From a virus, in IMG/VR virus record IMGVR_UViG_3300024038_000016: a DNA stretch of 64,000 bases. One strand, 5' to 3'. Made by a program: the position numbers and the translations under genes. This document shows positions 1-9,444 of the stretch, piece by piece. The number at the start of each line of letters is the position of its first letter. Position 1 is the stretch's first letter. A model generated the notes under the pieces. The model saw only the letters and a program-made list of their open reading frames with translations. It ran no database searches and had not been told where the DNA came from.

Positions 1-132
1 CGTGGCCACGTTGGTGTCACCCATCGGCGCTGTGCCGATCAAGGCGATCACGGCCGATTTGACGGTCGAGACCGGGCGCGGGCCACGCTCGACTTCGCTG
101 GTCTCCACGCCGTGCAGGTAGTTGGCGCTCAT
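1..132 (-). CDS. Contractile tail sheath protein, N-terminus (partial)
   Basis: Manual translation MSANYLHGVETSEVERGPRPVSTVKSAVIALIGTAP; YLHGVE start typical of P2 FI-like sheaths; ATGA overlap with upstream gene. Confidence 0.85.
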   Translation of the reverse strand, partial: MSANYLHGVETSEVERGPRPVSTVKSAVIALIGTAPMGDTNVAT

Positions 133-326
133 TGCTGCGCTCCCTTGCTCTTGGATTTGACGGACTCGGCCAGCGGCGTCAAATGACCGCGGGCGACGAG
201 AGTGCGGGTGTATTCATGCGCTTCGGGCAGCTCAACTTCTCCGCCGTCAAAAAGCATGCATTCGATGAGCGCGTCCCCGTCCTTGAGCGTCACGCCGCTG
301 GTGGGGCCGCTGTAGCGGTACTTCAT
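129..326 (-). CDS. Small Mu-like tail-region protein
   Basis: MKYRYSGPTSGVTL..., 65 aa, between gp37-like and sheath; ATGA overlap with sheath. Confidence 0.75.
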   Translation of the reverse strand: MKYRYSGPTSGVTLKDGDALIECMLFDGGEVELPEAHEYTRTLVARGHLTPLAESVKSKSKGAQQ

Positions 327-790
327 TACGTCTCCTCGTTGGTGACATGGGTCAGGAGGGGCTCGGTGCCGATGTCGGCGTCCTCGACCTGGACGGCCAC
401 GGTCGCCAGGTCGATCGCGTACTGCCAAAGGCCGGACACCTCGCCTAAGTACTTTTCGTCCAAGACGTAGAGCTTTCGCCGACAGTGCGGGGGTTCGAAC
501 CCCACCAGGGCGAGGCGCACGGCGTCGCATGCGTCGATGGCGCCGTTGCGGCCATTGAGTTGCCGCATCACCACGGTGACGGAGAGCTTTACGGTGCGCT
601 CCTGGAGCACGAAGCCCACGTCCTCGGGCGTGCCAAAACGCCCGCCGAGGTAGCTCAGCAGCAGCGCTCCGACAGGGTGGTTGAGCCGGTAGTCGGTCGG
701 TCGCTCGGGGAAAAAATCGACGGCCAGACCGGGCAACAGCGCCGTGAGACGGGCCAGCACGGCGGCGAGGATCTCGCTGGTGAGGCCCAT
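326..790 (-). CDS. Mu gp37-like tail terminator/neck protein
   Basis: 154 aa, position after gp36-like; FPERPTDYRLNHPVGALLLSY. Confidence 0.8.
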   Translation of the reverse strand: MGLTSEILAAVLARLTALLPGLAVDFFPERPTDYRLNHPVGALLLSYLGGRFGTPEDVGFVLQERTVKLSVTVVMRQLNGRNGAIDACDAVRLALVGFEPPHCRRKLYVLDEKYLGEVSGLWQYAIDLATVAVQVEDADIGTEPLLTHVTNEET

Positions 791-1245
791 CAGTAGCGAT
801 CCAGAAGCGAGTTACTGAACCGCCGCGGCCGCGCACGAACCTTCATCTCGCCCGGCTCCGGCGCGTCCTCGCCGGTCGGCGTGCCGACCGTGAGCTTGCC
901 GTCGCGGATCGAAGCGAGCAGATCCAGCGCGCCCTTGTAGGTCCGCGTGACCGCGTCGGGCAGTTCCGCACCCTCGGGTCGGCGTGCGTACAGCCAGTGC
1001 CGGGCAAGATTGACTGTCATGTCCTTGACGACGGACGGGACCGGATTGAGCGGCAGCGTGTAGCGCCCGCGCATGTGGGCGTCCACGAGCTCCTCGGCTT
1101 GGCGCACTGCCTCCTCGACGACGGCCTCATTGATCTCGGTGGGCATCGCCTGACTGAAGCCAGCGTCCGCCGCATCGTTGGACAGATCAATCAGCGTGCG
1201 CTTCGGAATCGCCAACTGCAGATCGGCGAGGGTGCAGTAGCGCAT
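790..1245 (-). CDS. Mu gp36-like (DUF1320) head-tail connector
   Basis: MRYCTLADL...AEELVDAHMRGRYTLPL...Y..ALDLLASIRDGKL signature. Confidence 0.9.
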   Translation of the reverse strand: MRYCTLADLQLAIPKRTLIDLSNDAADAGFSQAMPTEINEAVVEEAVRQAEELVDAHMRGRYTLPLNPVPSVVKDMTVNLARHWLYARRPEGAELPDAVTRTYKGALDLLASIRDGKLTVGTPTGEDAPEPGEMKVRARPRRFSNSLLDRY

Positions 1246-1248
1246 GAC

Positions 1249-1404
1249 TTAGGCGTCCGCCGGCTTCTTGGTCGTCTTCTCGGCGCGCTCGATCGCTCCA
1301 GTGACGACGAGCGGCTCTGCGGCCTTGGCGGTGAGTTCGATCTCGTCGCCTTCCGCCTTGTCTTCGCCGTCGTGGCGAAGCGGTGTCAGAACACGGTATT
1401 TCAT
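1249..1404 (-). CDS. Small capsid-associated protein (51 aa), not in ORF track
   Basis: Manual translation MKYRVLTPLRHDGEDKAEGDEIELTAKAAEPLVVTGAIE; directly after capsid gene. Confidence 0.7.
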   Translation of the reverse strand: MKYRVLTPLRHDGEDKAEGDEIELTAKAAEPLVVTGAIERAEKTTKKPADA

Positions 1405-1462
1405 GGGTGTCTCCGTGGGGGCCGCCTGGGCGGCCCGTTGAGAAAGGAACTGCCGCGGGCGG

Positions 1463-2401
1463 TCAGCCCACGTTCTGGATCAGGAAGCCCGCCGAGGCGC
1501 CGGCCAAGACGGGGGAAAGCTCGTCCGTGACGGGGTAGATCCAGCTCTTCGCACCGCGGTCCATGTAGGGCACCTCGACGGTGGGGTAGCCACGCAGGCG
1601 GTAGGTGTAGCCGTAGGAAGGCAGGCCGCCATCGGTCAGGGTGCCGAGCTCCGTATAGGCGACGACCGCGTTGTTGCCCCACACATCGGCGAGGTTGCCG
1701 GTCGCGTCCTCGTACACGGCATCGCCCACGACGACGCGCTGCACGCCCCACAGCGCGGCAAGCAATTCGGCCGTGGCGATCTCGCGGCTCGTGTATTTGA
1801 TGCGCTCGACGATCTTCGGATGCTGTTTGGCCGCGGCGAACGCCAGCGGTCCCAGCAGGACCGTGTTGGCCCGGCGGCCGATCTTCGAGCGGATGGCCTC
1901 TTTGGCCGCCTCGATGTCTTTGATCGGGTCCGATACGCCGGAGTAATCGGACCACTTCGACGTGCCCGAGAGGGCCAGCTTGTTGTTGGCGCCGTAGTTC
2001 GCGCCATTCGTGGCGAGGTCGGCACCGGCTTTCTCGTTACGCAGCTGGATGATGTTCTGGGTCTTGATGACCGCGGTCTGTGCCAGATTGATGTTCGGCA
2101 CCACGTTGGCTTCCTGCATCAGCTCAAACGGCACCAGGCCTTCGAGCGAGTGCGATTCCAGGGCGTAGGGATTGCCCATGTAGCCGAACTGCACGCGCTT
2201 GGTGTTCGTGCCAGGCGTGCGGGCCGTGGCGTAAAGGCGGAAGTCCTCGCGGCTGAACTGGATGATCTTGCCGCCGCGCTGCTCGACCGGCACTTCCGGA
2301 AACAGCACTTGGCAGACCATCTCCGCGTTGCGGTAGCCCTGGGCAACGCTGCTGAGGATCGGGTCGACGACACGCGCGCCGCCCGGAGTCATTTGAGGCA
2401 T
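1463..2401 (-). CDS. Major capsid protein
   Basis: 312 aa after protease and DUF2190; VDPILSSVAQGY start typical of Mu-like capsids. Confidence 0.9.
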   Translation of the reverse strand: MPQMTPGGARVVDPILSSVAQGYRNAEMVCQVLFPEVPVEQRGGKIIQFSREDFRLYATARTPGTNTKRVQFGYMGNPYALESHSLEGLVPFELMQEANVVPNINLAQTAVIKTQNIIQLRNEKAGADLATNGANYGANNKLALSGTSKWSDYSGVSDPIKDIEAAKEAIRSKIGRRANTVLLGPLAFAAAKQHPKIVERIKYTSREIATAELLAALWGVQRVVVGDAVYEDATGNLADVWGNNAVVAYTELGTLTDGGLPSYGYTYRLRGYPTVEVPYMDRGAKSWIYPVTDELSPVLAGASAGFLIQNVG

Positions 2402-2438
2402 GGGTTACTCCTGTGGAATGGTTGTCCCGGACTGGCGA

Positions 2439-2780
2439 TCAGTTCGGCAGCAGGATGACTTCGACGAACTGCCCGGCTGCCGAGGCGGTCTCGCCCGGCG
2501 CGAGGCGCGCGACCGCAACGCCGGCGGACTTGGTCACCGCCCGGCCCGAGGCGTCCACCTCGATGAGCGCGCCTGCCGCCAGGGCGCCGCCGGTTTCGAC
2601 CACGGTGGTGCCGATGACATCGACCGGGGCGCGCTCGCCGATGGCAGCGGCGGTCCGCGAGACGCCCAGGGCGTTGCCGGCCGCCGCGGCCGTGGCGCCG
2701 CCATGCCCGACGAAGCGGTTAGCGGTAAGGGCCCCCGTCGCGAGCACGGTGAGCGTGAGAAGGGAAATACCGTTCTGCAA
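2439..2780 (-). CDS. Capsid cement/decoration protein (DUF2190-like)
   Basis: 113 aa Ala/Gly-rich, GALIEVDASGRAVT...GQFVEV pattern. Confidence 0.8.
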   Translation of the reverse strand: MQNGISLLTLTVLATGALTANRFVGHGGATAAAAGNALGVSRTAAAIGERAPVDVIGTTVVETGGALAAGALIEVDASGRAVTKSAGVAVARLAPGETASAAGQFVEVILLPN

Positions 2781-2828
2781 AGCAGACCTCCGTTATTGAG
2801 TGACCGCCAGCGCTAGCCGGAGGCGTTG

Positions 2829-3932
2829 TTACTGGACGGCCGCGAGCGCTTGCGCGTAGCTCACGCTGTGCAGCGATTGGTAGGCGACGACACGCCGGTG
2901 CAGGGCAAGGCGCTGCGGATCGACGCCGAAGCCGTCGGGCGCGGCAAACTCGATGTCCTGCTCGCCGTCCTTGGTGGTGGCGCGGCTCTTGATGGCGCGC
3001 TCGCCGAACTCCACGACCGGCGGCAGATCCGCCAGGAAAGCCTTGATCGCTTCGCCCAGCGGCTGCTTCGCGTCGCCCTCGCCGAACTCGATCGGCGTGT
3101 CGCCGTTGGCGAAGTCCATGGCGGCGACGACCGTGTCGCGGTGTTTGGGGGCCAAGAGGCCGTCAGTAATCAGCTGCTCGGCGTAGGCCAGGTGATCGGT
3201 GTGGCGCTTTTGGGCCGCGGCGGTGGCGTTGGCGGCGTTGGCGGCCGCGAGTTGTTGCTTGAGCTGGGCGTTCTCGGCCTCCAGCGCGGCCTTCTGCTCG
3301 GGTGTCAAAGAGTCCTCCGGGTGGGTGGGATCGGAAAAAGCCGGCGACGGTGGCGCGTCCGGCTCGGTGCGCGCGGCGTCCTCCAGGGAGCCGATCGCGT
3401 AATCGGGGATGACCTGGTCGGCCTTTTCCAGGCCGAACTGCGCGATGAGGAAGTCGCGCATGCGGCGCCACATCGAGGCGTTCTGCAGCTCGCCCCAGTC
3501 GGCGAACTCGACGACACCCTCATGGGAGTCGCCGAATTCGACGGCGCGCAAGCCCTTCACGGCCGGGGCGGTCGCGCCCAGGAAGCCGACGTGGCGCAGG
3601 TAATAGACGCCTGGTACGGGGTTGCTTGGGGATTCCGGATGGAAGAAGGCGGCGCTGATCTTCTTGTAGCGACCAGCCTTTACCGCCTCTGCGAACTCGG
3701 CATCGACCTGGTGCGGTTCAGCTTCCAGATCGTCGCCTGCTGCAGCGAGCGACTTCACCCAGCCGAATGCGGGCGCGTTGAGCTTGGGGTGACCGATGAC
3801 GATCGGCGCTTCGTACTTCGCCGGGTCATAGGCGGCAGCCGTGGCGGCCAGGTCGGCGTCGGAGAATTCCAGCGTGACGCCACTCATCGCGGTACGCCGG
3901 CCGGACTTGAAGATGTGTAGTGGCTTGGTCAT
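2829..3932 (-). CDS. Mu gp32/I-like prohead protease and scaffold
   Basis: LHIFKSG, APIVIGHP, PAFGWV, RYKKISAAF, LRHVGFLGA..PAVKGL motifs; start moved to ATG 3932. Confidence 0.9.
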   Translation of the reverse strand: MTKPLHIFKSGRRTAMSGVTLEFSDADLAATAAAYDPAKYEAPIVIGHPKLNAPAFGWVKSLAAAGDDLEAEPHQVDAEFAEAVKAGRYKKISAAFFHPESPSNPVPGVYYLRHVGFLGATAPAVKGLRAVEFGDSHEGVVEFADWGELQNASMWRRMRDFLIAQFGLEKADQVIPDYAIGSLEDAARTEPDAPPSPAFSDPTHPEDSLTPEQKAALEAENAQLKQQLAAANAANATAAAQKRHTDHLAYAEQLITDGLLAPKHRDTVVAAMDFANGDTPIEFGEGDAKQPLGEAIKAFLADLPPVVEFGERAIKSRATTKDGEQDIEFAAPDGFGVDPQRLALHRRVVAYQSLHSVSYAQALAAVQ

Positions 3933-3938
3933 GGCCCC

Positions 3939-3980
3939 ATCTTCGAGAGGCGACAGCGGGCCCACTACTAAACGAGTTTA
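3939..3980 (-). promoter_or_regulatory. Late promoter (PI-like): TAAACTCGTTTA-N24-GAAGAT
   Basis: Same palindrome, spacing and hexamer as the element at 11673-11714. Confidence 0.7.
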
Positions 3981-4161
3981 TGACCGCGCAATCGGCCGGA
4001 TTTCAGGGCTCAGTCGAAAGTGCGCGCGAAAGGTCCTTCAGGACCGCGCGTCAAACCGCGTCAAAACCTCGTGAGCGAGTTTTGTGGATTCGCGGCGGTG
4101 CGTTGGATCGTCCGGCAGGCAGAAAAACGCGCCTGCGGGCTCCTGCGCGTTTTCGGACTCT

Positions 4162-4602
4162 TCAGACGCCGGCCGCTTTGCGCAGGTGCGCCATGGCGAT
4201 ATCGAGGACTGCCTCTTCAGCCTCGGGCTGCAGCTCGCCCTCGGCAGTCACAGGCAGGTACGGGCGCGCCGGCAGCACTGCCCCGCGGCCCGCTTCACCG
4301 CCGAGCTGCTGGATTGCCGCATAGACCTTGTTACTGCCGACCATGGCGAAGTCTGCGCCGTGGTCGCTGGTGATCGAGCTCGCGAGCTGTCCGCTGTCCT
4401 GCAGGATCTTGCCGTCCGCTCGGCGCGCAGGCGGATTGGAGAGCGGCGCCCAACGCGGACGGCCTTCCTCTGCGAAGTTGTCCTCGGTCTCGGCCACCAG
4501 CTCCAGGGCGATCGCTCGCATCACGGGCGCGAGATCCGCGCCTGCGCGCTCCAGGCGGCGCAGTTCCGCTTGCGCGACGCGGTCGTCCAGCTGGATGTTC
4601 AT
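4162..4602 (-). CDS. Mu gpG-like virion morphogenesis protein
   Basis: W.PLS..ILQDSGQLASSIT..VGSNKVYAAIQQLGG..LPARPYL. Confidence 0.9.
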   Translation of the reverse strand: MNIQLDDRVAQAELRRLERAGADLAPVMRAIALELVAETEDNFAEEGRPRWAPLSNPPARRADGKILQDSGQLASSITSDHGADFAMVGSNKVYAAIQQLGGEAGRGAVLPARPYLPVTAEGELQPEAEEAVLDIAMAHLRKAAGV

Positions 4603-5435
4603 TGGCTGCGATCCTTGGCGGCCGCTTCAAAGGCGGCGCGCCGCTCGCTCAGTTGCTTGGCCAGCACATCGCCTACGACAGCGGGCGAAGCGTTGAAGCC
4701 GGGATCGGTGCTCACGACCTGGCGCGGGCCCACCGTGAAGCGGGCAACGGTCGCGGTTCGCGGGAAAAGGCCGCCCGTGATCTCGACCTCGCCGGAAGAC
4801 AGCCGCCCTTGCGAAGAAGAGACAGCCAGGCTCCTGCGTTCGAGGCGCGCTTGCGAGATCGCGATGACCCGGCAGCGGCAGTTGTAGCCCAGCGGCGGAT
4901 AGAAGCTATCCCAGAACGGATCGTCGTGGCGGAACACCAAGCCATTGAGGCGGGCATGCGCGGGCCGCGTGCGGCTGTCCATCACGGCCACGTATTGCCA
5001 GTACGGATGCGAGTCGGCCGCTTCCTTCATCTCGGCCCAGCGACCGGCCATGTGTGCGGCCTGCATATTGGTCTGGTAGATCGTGCGCAGGCGCCACGGC
5101 GCGAGCGTCTTGACCTCGCCCGTCTCCGGATTGAGCAGCGCGTGACGCCCGAGCAGGCCGCGCTTTTCGAGCTCGGGTCCGAGCCGCTTGACCCACTCGC
5201 GATAGGGCAATCCCTGTTCGAGCGCATCGACCAGGCTTTGACGCACCGTCTCCAGCGCGTCGACTTTGAGCAGGCCTGCGACCGTGAAGACCCGCTGGTG
5301 GATGGCGTCGAGCATCTCGTGCCAGTCCCAGCTCACGGCAATGCCCTTCCTCTTGAGGTAGGCCATGGCCTCGCGCGGCGGCCGCTTGAAAAGCGCTGCG
5401 AAGTCCTGGTCGGTCAGCGTGTTGCCGATGTTCAT
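4599..5435 (-). CDS. Mu gpF-like head morphogenesis protein
   Basis: RLRTIYQTN, YWQYVAVMDSRTRPAH, PPLGYNCRCRV. Confidence 0.92.
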   Translation of the reverse strand: MNIGNTLTDQDFAALFKRPPREAMAYLKRKGIAVSWDWHEMLDAIHQRVFTVAGLLKVDALETVRQSLVDALEQGLPYREWVKRLGPELEKRGLLGRHALLNPETGEVKTLAPWRLRTIYQTNMQAAHMAGRWAEMKEAADSHPYWQYVAVMDSRTRPAHARLNGLVFRHDDPFWDSFYPPLGYNCRCRVIAISQARLERRSLAVSSSQGRLSSGEVEITGGLFPRTATVARFTVGPRQVVSTDPGFNASPAVVGDVLAKQLSERRAAFEAAAKDRSQ

Positions 5436-6955
5436 GCTTCGAGCTCGGCCGCGGCCGCCAGACGGCCAGTGACTTCAGCCGCGAACATGAGCTGCGCCAA
5501 ACGCTCCTCCAGGAGGGAAGCCTTCATCTGCGGATAGGCGCGCGCGAGACACGCGAAGGCCTCCTTCTCGTCGCGGGCGGACACCAGGGTATCCAGGAGC
5601 GGGCGCAGCATCTCGCCGGCCTGCGCGTCCAGCGCATCCGCGGCGAGGCCCGTGACCGCATCGTCCAGGGCGACCTGGTCGGGAAAGGTGTCGCCTTCGG
5701 CAAAGTCCGGTTCGTCCTGGAGTGCTGCGAGCGGCGGCTTTGCACCCGATGCGGCCGGCTCCACTTCCACCACGTCACCCTCCTGCAGACTGTAGGCGCG
5801 CCGGAAGTATTGGGGCGTCAGGCGTGCGCTATCGCCCATGGCGGCCGCGAGCTTCTCGTCGCGCTCGGCCAGGACCTTGTCGACCTCTTCCTGCTCCCAG
5901 AGCGAGACCTGGGGATGCGCGCTTGCCGAGAAGTTCAGATCACAGATCCACCGGGCGAGCGTGTTCAGCGTCTCCTCGACGATGGTCTTGTCGCCGTCGC
6001 GGATCTCGCGGGTGACCTCGATCCCCGCCTTGGCCGAGGCGTGCGTGCTGCTGGCCTCGGTCGTTTGGTTCTGTCCCAGGAGCGCGATCGACACTTCGGA
6101 GCGGCAGAACATCAGGAGCTCGCGGTAGATCTCGGCGCTCGACGCCTTGCCGGCCGCCTCCATGATCTCCACGCTCGCATCGTTCGGGATGACCGCCACG
6201 GCGTCCTGGACCATCTCTTCGAGCGCGTCGAGCAGTTGATCGGCCTCGCCGTCGCTCGACGAGCGCGGATGCTTGCCGACCACCCAGGGCGAGCCAAACT
6301 TCTCGGCGAAGGTGACCCAGAACTTCAGGCCGCCTTTCTTGAAGGTGGTCGGCCAGAAGCACATCGAGAGATCGGGAAAGCCGTAGGGGTTCTGGTAGGT
6401 CGGTTCCTGGCGGGCCAGCAGGAACTTGCGCTCGGGCAGCAACTCGCCCTCGGCCGGGTTCTCCCGCGTGCGCATGCGCAGCCGGTTCTCGGCGTCAAAG
6501 CAGAACCACTCGGGCGGCTTGCCCACGATGTCTATCGGCACCAGGTAGCCACCCACCTTGCCCCAGATGACTTCCAGCGGCTGGTAGCCATACAGCACGG
6601 CGTCCAGGATCTCGCCGATAAGCCGATCCAGTGGCAGGTCGTGCAGGATGGTCTCCAGGTTCTTTGACGCCCGGCTGCGTGCCTGGTCGCGATCCACGCC
6701 CCATTCGAGCGCCTTCACAGCTGCCTTGCGTCGGCGGATGCAGCCGCCCACGTGCGCGTCCGAGCGCAGCTCCCGATAGACGCGCACATCCTGCCCGAGC
6801 GCCTTGAGCACCGGGTCGGGGTTGGGCAGGTACATGCCCAGGGCGGTAAAGTCGATCGAGCGCGCGCGCGTGGCGATCTGGCTCGTGAGCGTGTCGCGCG
6901 GCGTGGCGAAGCTTACGAACTCGGTGGGGCTGACCCACAGGCCATTTTTCTTCAT
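5432..6955 (-). CDS. Portal protein (Mu gp29/DUF935)
   Basis: 507 aa after terminase; DAHVGGCIRRRK, FAEKFGSPW, ALLGQNQTT. Confidence 0.92.
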   Translation of the reverse strand: MKKNGLWVSPTEFVSFATPRDTLTSQIATRARSIDFTALGMYLPNPDPVLKALGQDVRVYRELRSDAHVGGCIRRRKAAVKALEWGVDRDQARSRASKNLETILHDLPLDRLIGEILDAVLYGYQPLEVIWGKVGGYLVPIDIVGKPPEWFCFDAENRLRMRTRENPAEGELLPERKFLLARQEPTYQNPYGFPDLSMCFWPTTFKKGGLKFWVTFAEKFGSPWVVGKHPRSSSDGEADQLLDALEEMVQDAVAVIPNDASVEIMEAAGKASSAEIYRELLMFCRSEVSIALLGQNQTTEASSTHASAKAGIEVTREIRDGDKTIVEETLNTLARWICDLNFSASAHPQVSLWEQEEVDKVLAERDEKLAAAMGDSARLTPQYFRRAYSLQEGDVVEVEPAASGAKPPLAALQDEPDFAEGDTFPDQVALDDAVTGLAADALDAQAGEMLRPLLDTLVSARDEKEAFACLARAYPQMKASLLEERLAQLMFAAEVTGRLAAAAELEA

Positions 6956-8559
6956 ACGTATCCAGCAGTGATGTGGCGCGCCTGGCGGCGGCCACGGGAT
7001 TTGACGCGAATGGGACCGTCGTTGAGTTCGCGGCTCGCGTAATAGGCGAGCGCCACGGCCACCGCGGCATCGCCGTGGCGCTTGCCCTTGTCGTCGCCAG
7101 TTGTGCGGCTGTCGGGGATGCGCGGCACGCCCTTGATGATTTGCACCGTACGCAGATCTGCCAGCACATCCGCGTTCTTCGGCAGGCCGTCGAGGGTGCC
7201 GTCCTCCAGCGCGGCCTTGACGGGCGGCATGTGCTCCCGATACCAGGATTCGGTGAGCATGATTTGCTGGATGCGCGAGGCGCCATAGCGCTGCATGGCG
7301 AACTCGGCCAGGGACTGACCGTTGCCGCGTGCGTCAAACGCGCCGCCCATGAAGTTCGGCAGTCGATCGAGCAGGTAGAAGCAGATCTGCTCTTGTTGGC
7401 GGAACGGCACGTTGCGCAGCTCCAGGAGGAACGGCACCCGGCGCACCAGGTCCTGCGTCTGGATCAAGGGCACGTGCACCGTCAAATCGCCCGTGCGGCC
7501 GAAGTCCTCGCCGTTGAAGGAGACGGCGTCGGCCGGAAGCTTTGCCAGCAGCGGGGCCAGATGTTCGTCCAGCCAGTCCTGGCAGTCGGCCTTGCGAATG
7601 TGGTCGGCGAGCAGCTCGTAGCCCTGTGGGCAGGCCCATCGGAGCACCGGGGTGTCCGCCGACATGCGCGACTCGATCAGCGCACGCGATAGCCAGGCAC
7701 CGCCGCTGTTCTTCGGAATGCAGCCGTACTCCTCCTCGGCGCTTTCCTGGTTCGGCGCGTTCTTGTACAGATCATCGCGCCACTTCTTCTCAGCCTCCGG
7801 CGACCAGACCTGACCGGTGACGTAGCAGATGCGCTTGTAGAGCCCGTCCGCGATGGCGTCATCCAGGGTGATGCGGTGAATGCTGTAGTTCTTCTTCCCG
7901 GCGCGCGCCTCCAGGATGTACTCGTTGAAGAGATTCTCGACGCCGTTGTGCGTGCTGATCAGCCGCACCTTGTTGCCCCACATGGTGAGCGCGAGCGCGG
8001 CCTTGAGCAGCTCCTCCAGGCTTTCATGGAAGGCGGCTTCGTCGATCACCACGTCGCCCTGCAGGCCGCGCAGATTGGACGGCCGGCTGGAGAGCGCCTG
8101 AATCTTGAATCCGGACTTGGGGAACCGGATCATGTAGGTGAGGATTTCTTCCTTCTTGCCCTCATCCCAGAACGGCTGCTCATAGACGTCGGCCTGGGCG
8201 AGCTCGTTGAAGGCCTTGGCAAACAGCGCACAGGCGGCGATGTACTCCAGGGCCATCTCCTTCTTGCTGCCGACATAGAAGGTGTTGCAGCCGCGGCGGC
8301 GCCGCGGCCTGGCGGCCTTCACCACGTTGCGGCCGGCCTCGGCCCAGGTCAGACCCGTGCGGCGCGACTTCTCGCCGAACATGATCTGGGATTCGTCCTC
8401 AAACCAGCGCTGCTGATAACCCAGGAAGACGGGCTCATTGGCCGGGATGGCGTCGGCTACCTCCTGTGGCACGACGACGCCCGCCAGCTCCATCTCTTCG
8501 GCCAGGTCGATCTTTCGTGGCTGACCCACCGGCTTGAGGGCGACTTCCTGCTGGGCCAT
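6952..8559 (-). CDS. Terminase large subunit (Mu gp28-like)
   Basis: EKSRRTGLTW Walker A-like, VVIDEAAFH Walker B, GEDFGR and HGDAA nuclease motifs. Confidence 0.93.
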   Translation of the reverse strand: MAQQEVALKPVGQPRKIDLAEEMELAGVVVPQEVADAIPANEPVFLGYQQRWFEDESQIMFGEKSRRTGLTWAEAGRNVVKAARPRRRRGCNTFYVGSKKEMALEYIAACALFAKAFNELAQADVYEQPFWDEGKKEEILTYMIRFPKSGFKIQALSSRPSNLRGLQGDVVIDEAAFHESLEELLKAALALTMWGNKVRLISTHNGVENLFNEYILEARAGKKNYSIHRITLDDAIADGLYKRICYVTGQVWSPEAEKKWRDDLYKNAPNQESAEEEYGCIPKNSGGAWLSRALIESRMSADTPVLRWACPQGYELLADHIRKADCQDWLDEHLAPLLAKLPADAVSFNGEDFGRTGDLTVHVPLIQTQDLVRRVPFLLELRNVPFRQQEQICFYLLDRLPNFMGGAFDARGNGQSLAEFAMQRYGASRIQQIMLTESWYREHMPPVKAALEDGTLDGLPKNADVLADLRTVQIIKGVPRIPDSRTTGDDKGKRHGDAAVAVALAYYASRELNDGPIRVKSRGRRQARHITAGYV

Positions 8560-9128
8560 CAGTCTTTCCCAAGCAGGATGCGGCGGATGCGGGCCTCCAT
8601 CTGCTCGCTCATGCCGTCAGCGCCGCGCAGCTCCTGGAGTTTCTCCTCCTGTTCGGCGATCAGCTTGTCGCGGGCCTCGCGCTCGATGCGTGCCTGCTCC
8701 TCCAGGCGGAACCGCTTCTGGTTCACGCTGGCCCGTGCCAGGGTCGCGATGTTCTTGGCGGCAGACGACAGCAGCCCGATGCGATCGGCTGGATCCAGGT
8801 CTTCGTCTCCGGCTTCTTGCAGATTGATGATCGATTCGAAGAGCTCGGTTTGCACGAGTGCGATCACTGCTTCGGAGCGCGCGTCCTGGTCGTCCGCGGC
8901 GCCTTCGGTGAGCAGGCGCGCGGCTTCGGTGCTGGCCTTGATGGCGGCAAAACGACGCTCCACTTTCTGGCCGTAGCGATGGATTGCTGACTTGGAAATC
9001 GCATAGCCCTTCTCGCGCAGGACTTCCTCCAGGGCTTGATAGCCGGTGAAGTTGCCTTGCACGAGAGAGCTGTCGAGCCAAGCCCGGACTTCCTGAGGCA
9101 GCCCATCGACGCAGGTCTTGCGGCCCAT
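8559..9128 (-). CDS. Mu gp27-like (DUF3486) terminase small subunit
   Basis: MGRKTCVDGLP..ISKSAIHRY; position before TerL. Confidence 0.85.
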   Translation of the reverse strand: MGRKTCVDGLPQEVRAWLDSSLVQGNFTGYQALEEVLREKGYAISKSAIHRYGQKVERRFAAIKASTEAARLLTEGAADDQDARSEAVIALVQTELFESIINLQEAGDEDLDPADRIGLLSSAAKNIATLARASVNQKRFRLEEQARIEREARDKLIAEQEEKLQELRGADGMSEQMEARIRRILLGKD

Positions 9129-9129
9129 G

Positions 9130-9444
9130 TCAGCCGTTCCAGTATTTGGCCGGACGGGCAATGCCCGGCTCGCAGTCGATGGTGTATTCCGCGATGTCCA
9201 CGCCGTACCGGGTCAGGTCACCCCACCAGCGGCCAGACGGTTCCTTGCGCAGTTTCACCAGCACGCGGTCCGCGAGATAGTCGAGCTCGCGGCGGACCTC
9301 GATAGGTGTTACGTCCGGATAGATCGACCGCATCGTCATCTGGATGACGTCTTCGCAAACCTCTTCCGGTCGGGCGTTGTAGAGGGCCAGCAGCAGATAC
9401 CAGCGCAGCGATTCGCGGCGCACCTTGGCCTGGTCGATCGTCAC
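9130..9444 (-). CDS. Mu gp26-like winged-helix protein
   Basis: GTG start in GTGA overlap; ELDYLADRVLV..LTRYGVD. Confidence 0.75.
   Translation of the reverse strand: MTIDQAKVRRESLRWYLLLALYNARPEEVCEDVIQMTMRSIYPDVTPIEVRRELDYLADRVLVKLRKEPSGRWWGDLTRYGVDIAEYTIDCEPGIARPAKYWNG

Noticed and set aside
4046-4067. CGCGTCAAA direct repeat (also palindrome TTTGACGCGTCAAA near 22510)
   Set aside because: Scattered copies also occur inside coding regions; no consistent position, could be chance
2826-8976. Several long plus-strand ORFs (e.g. 2826..3920, 4602..5537, 7876..8976)
   Set aside because: Shadows of well-supported Mu head genes
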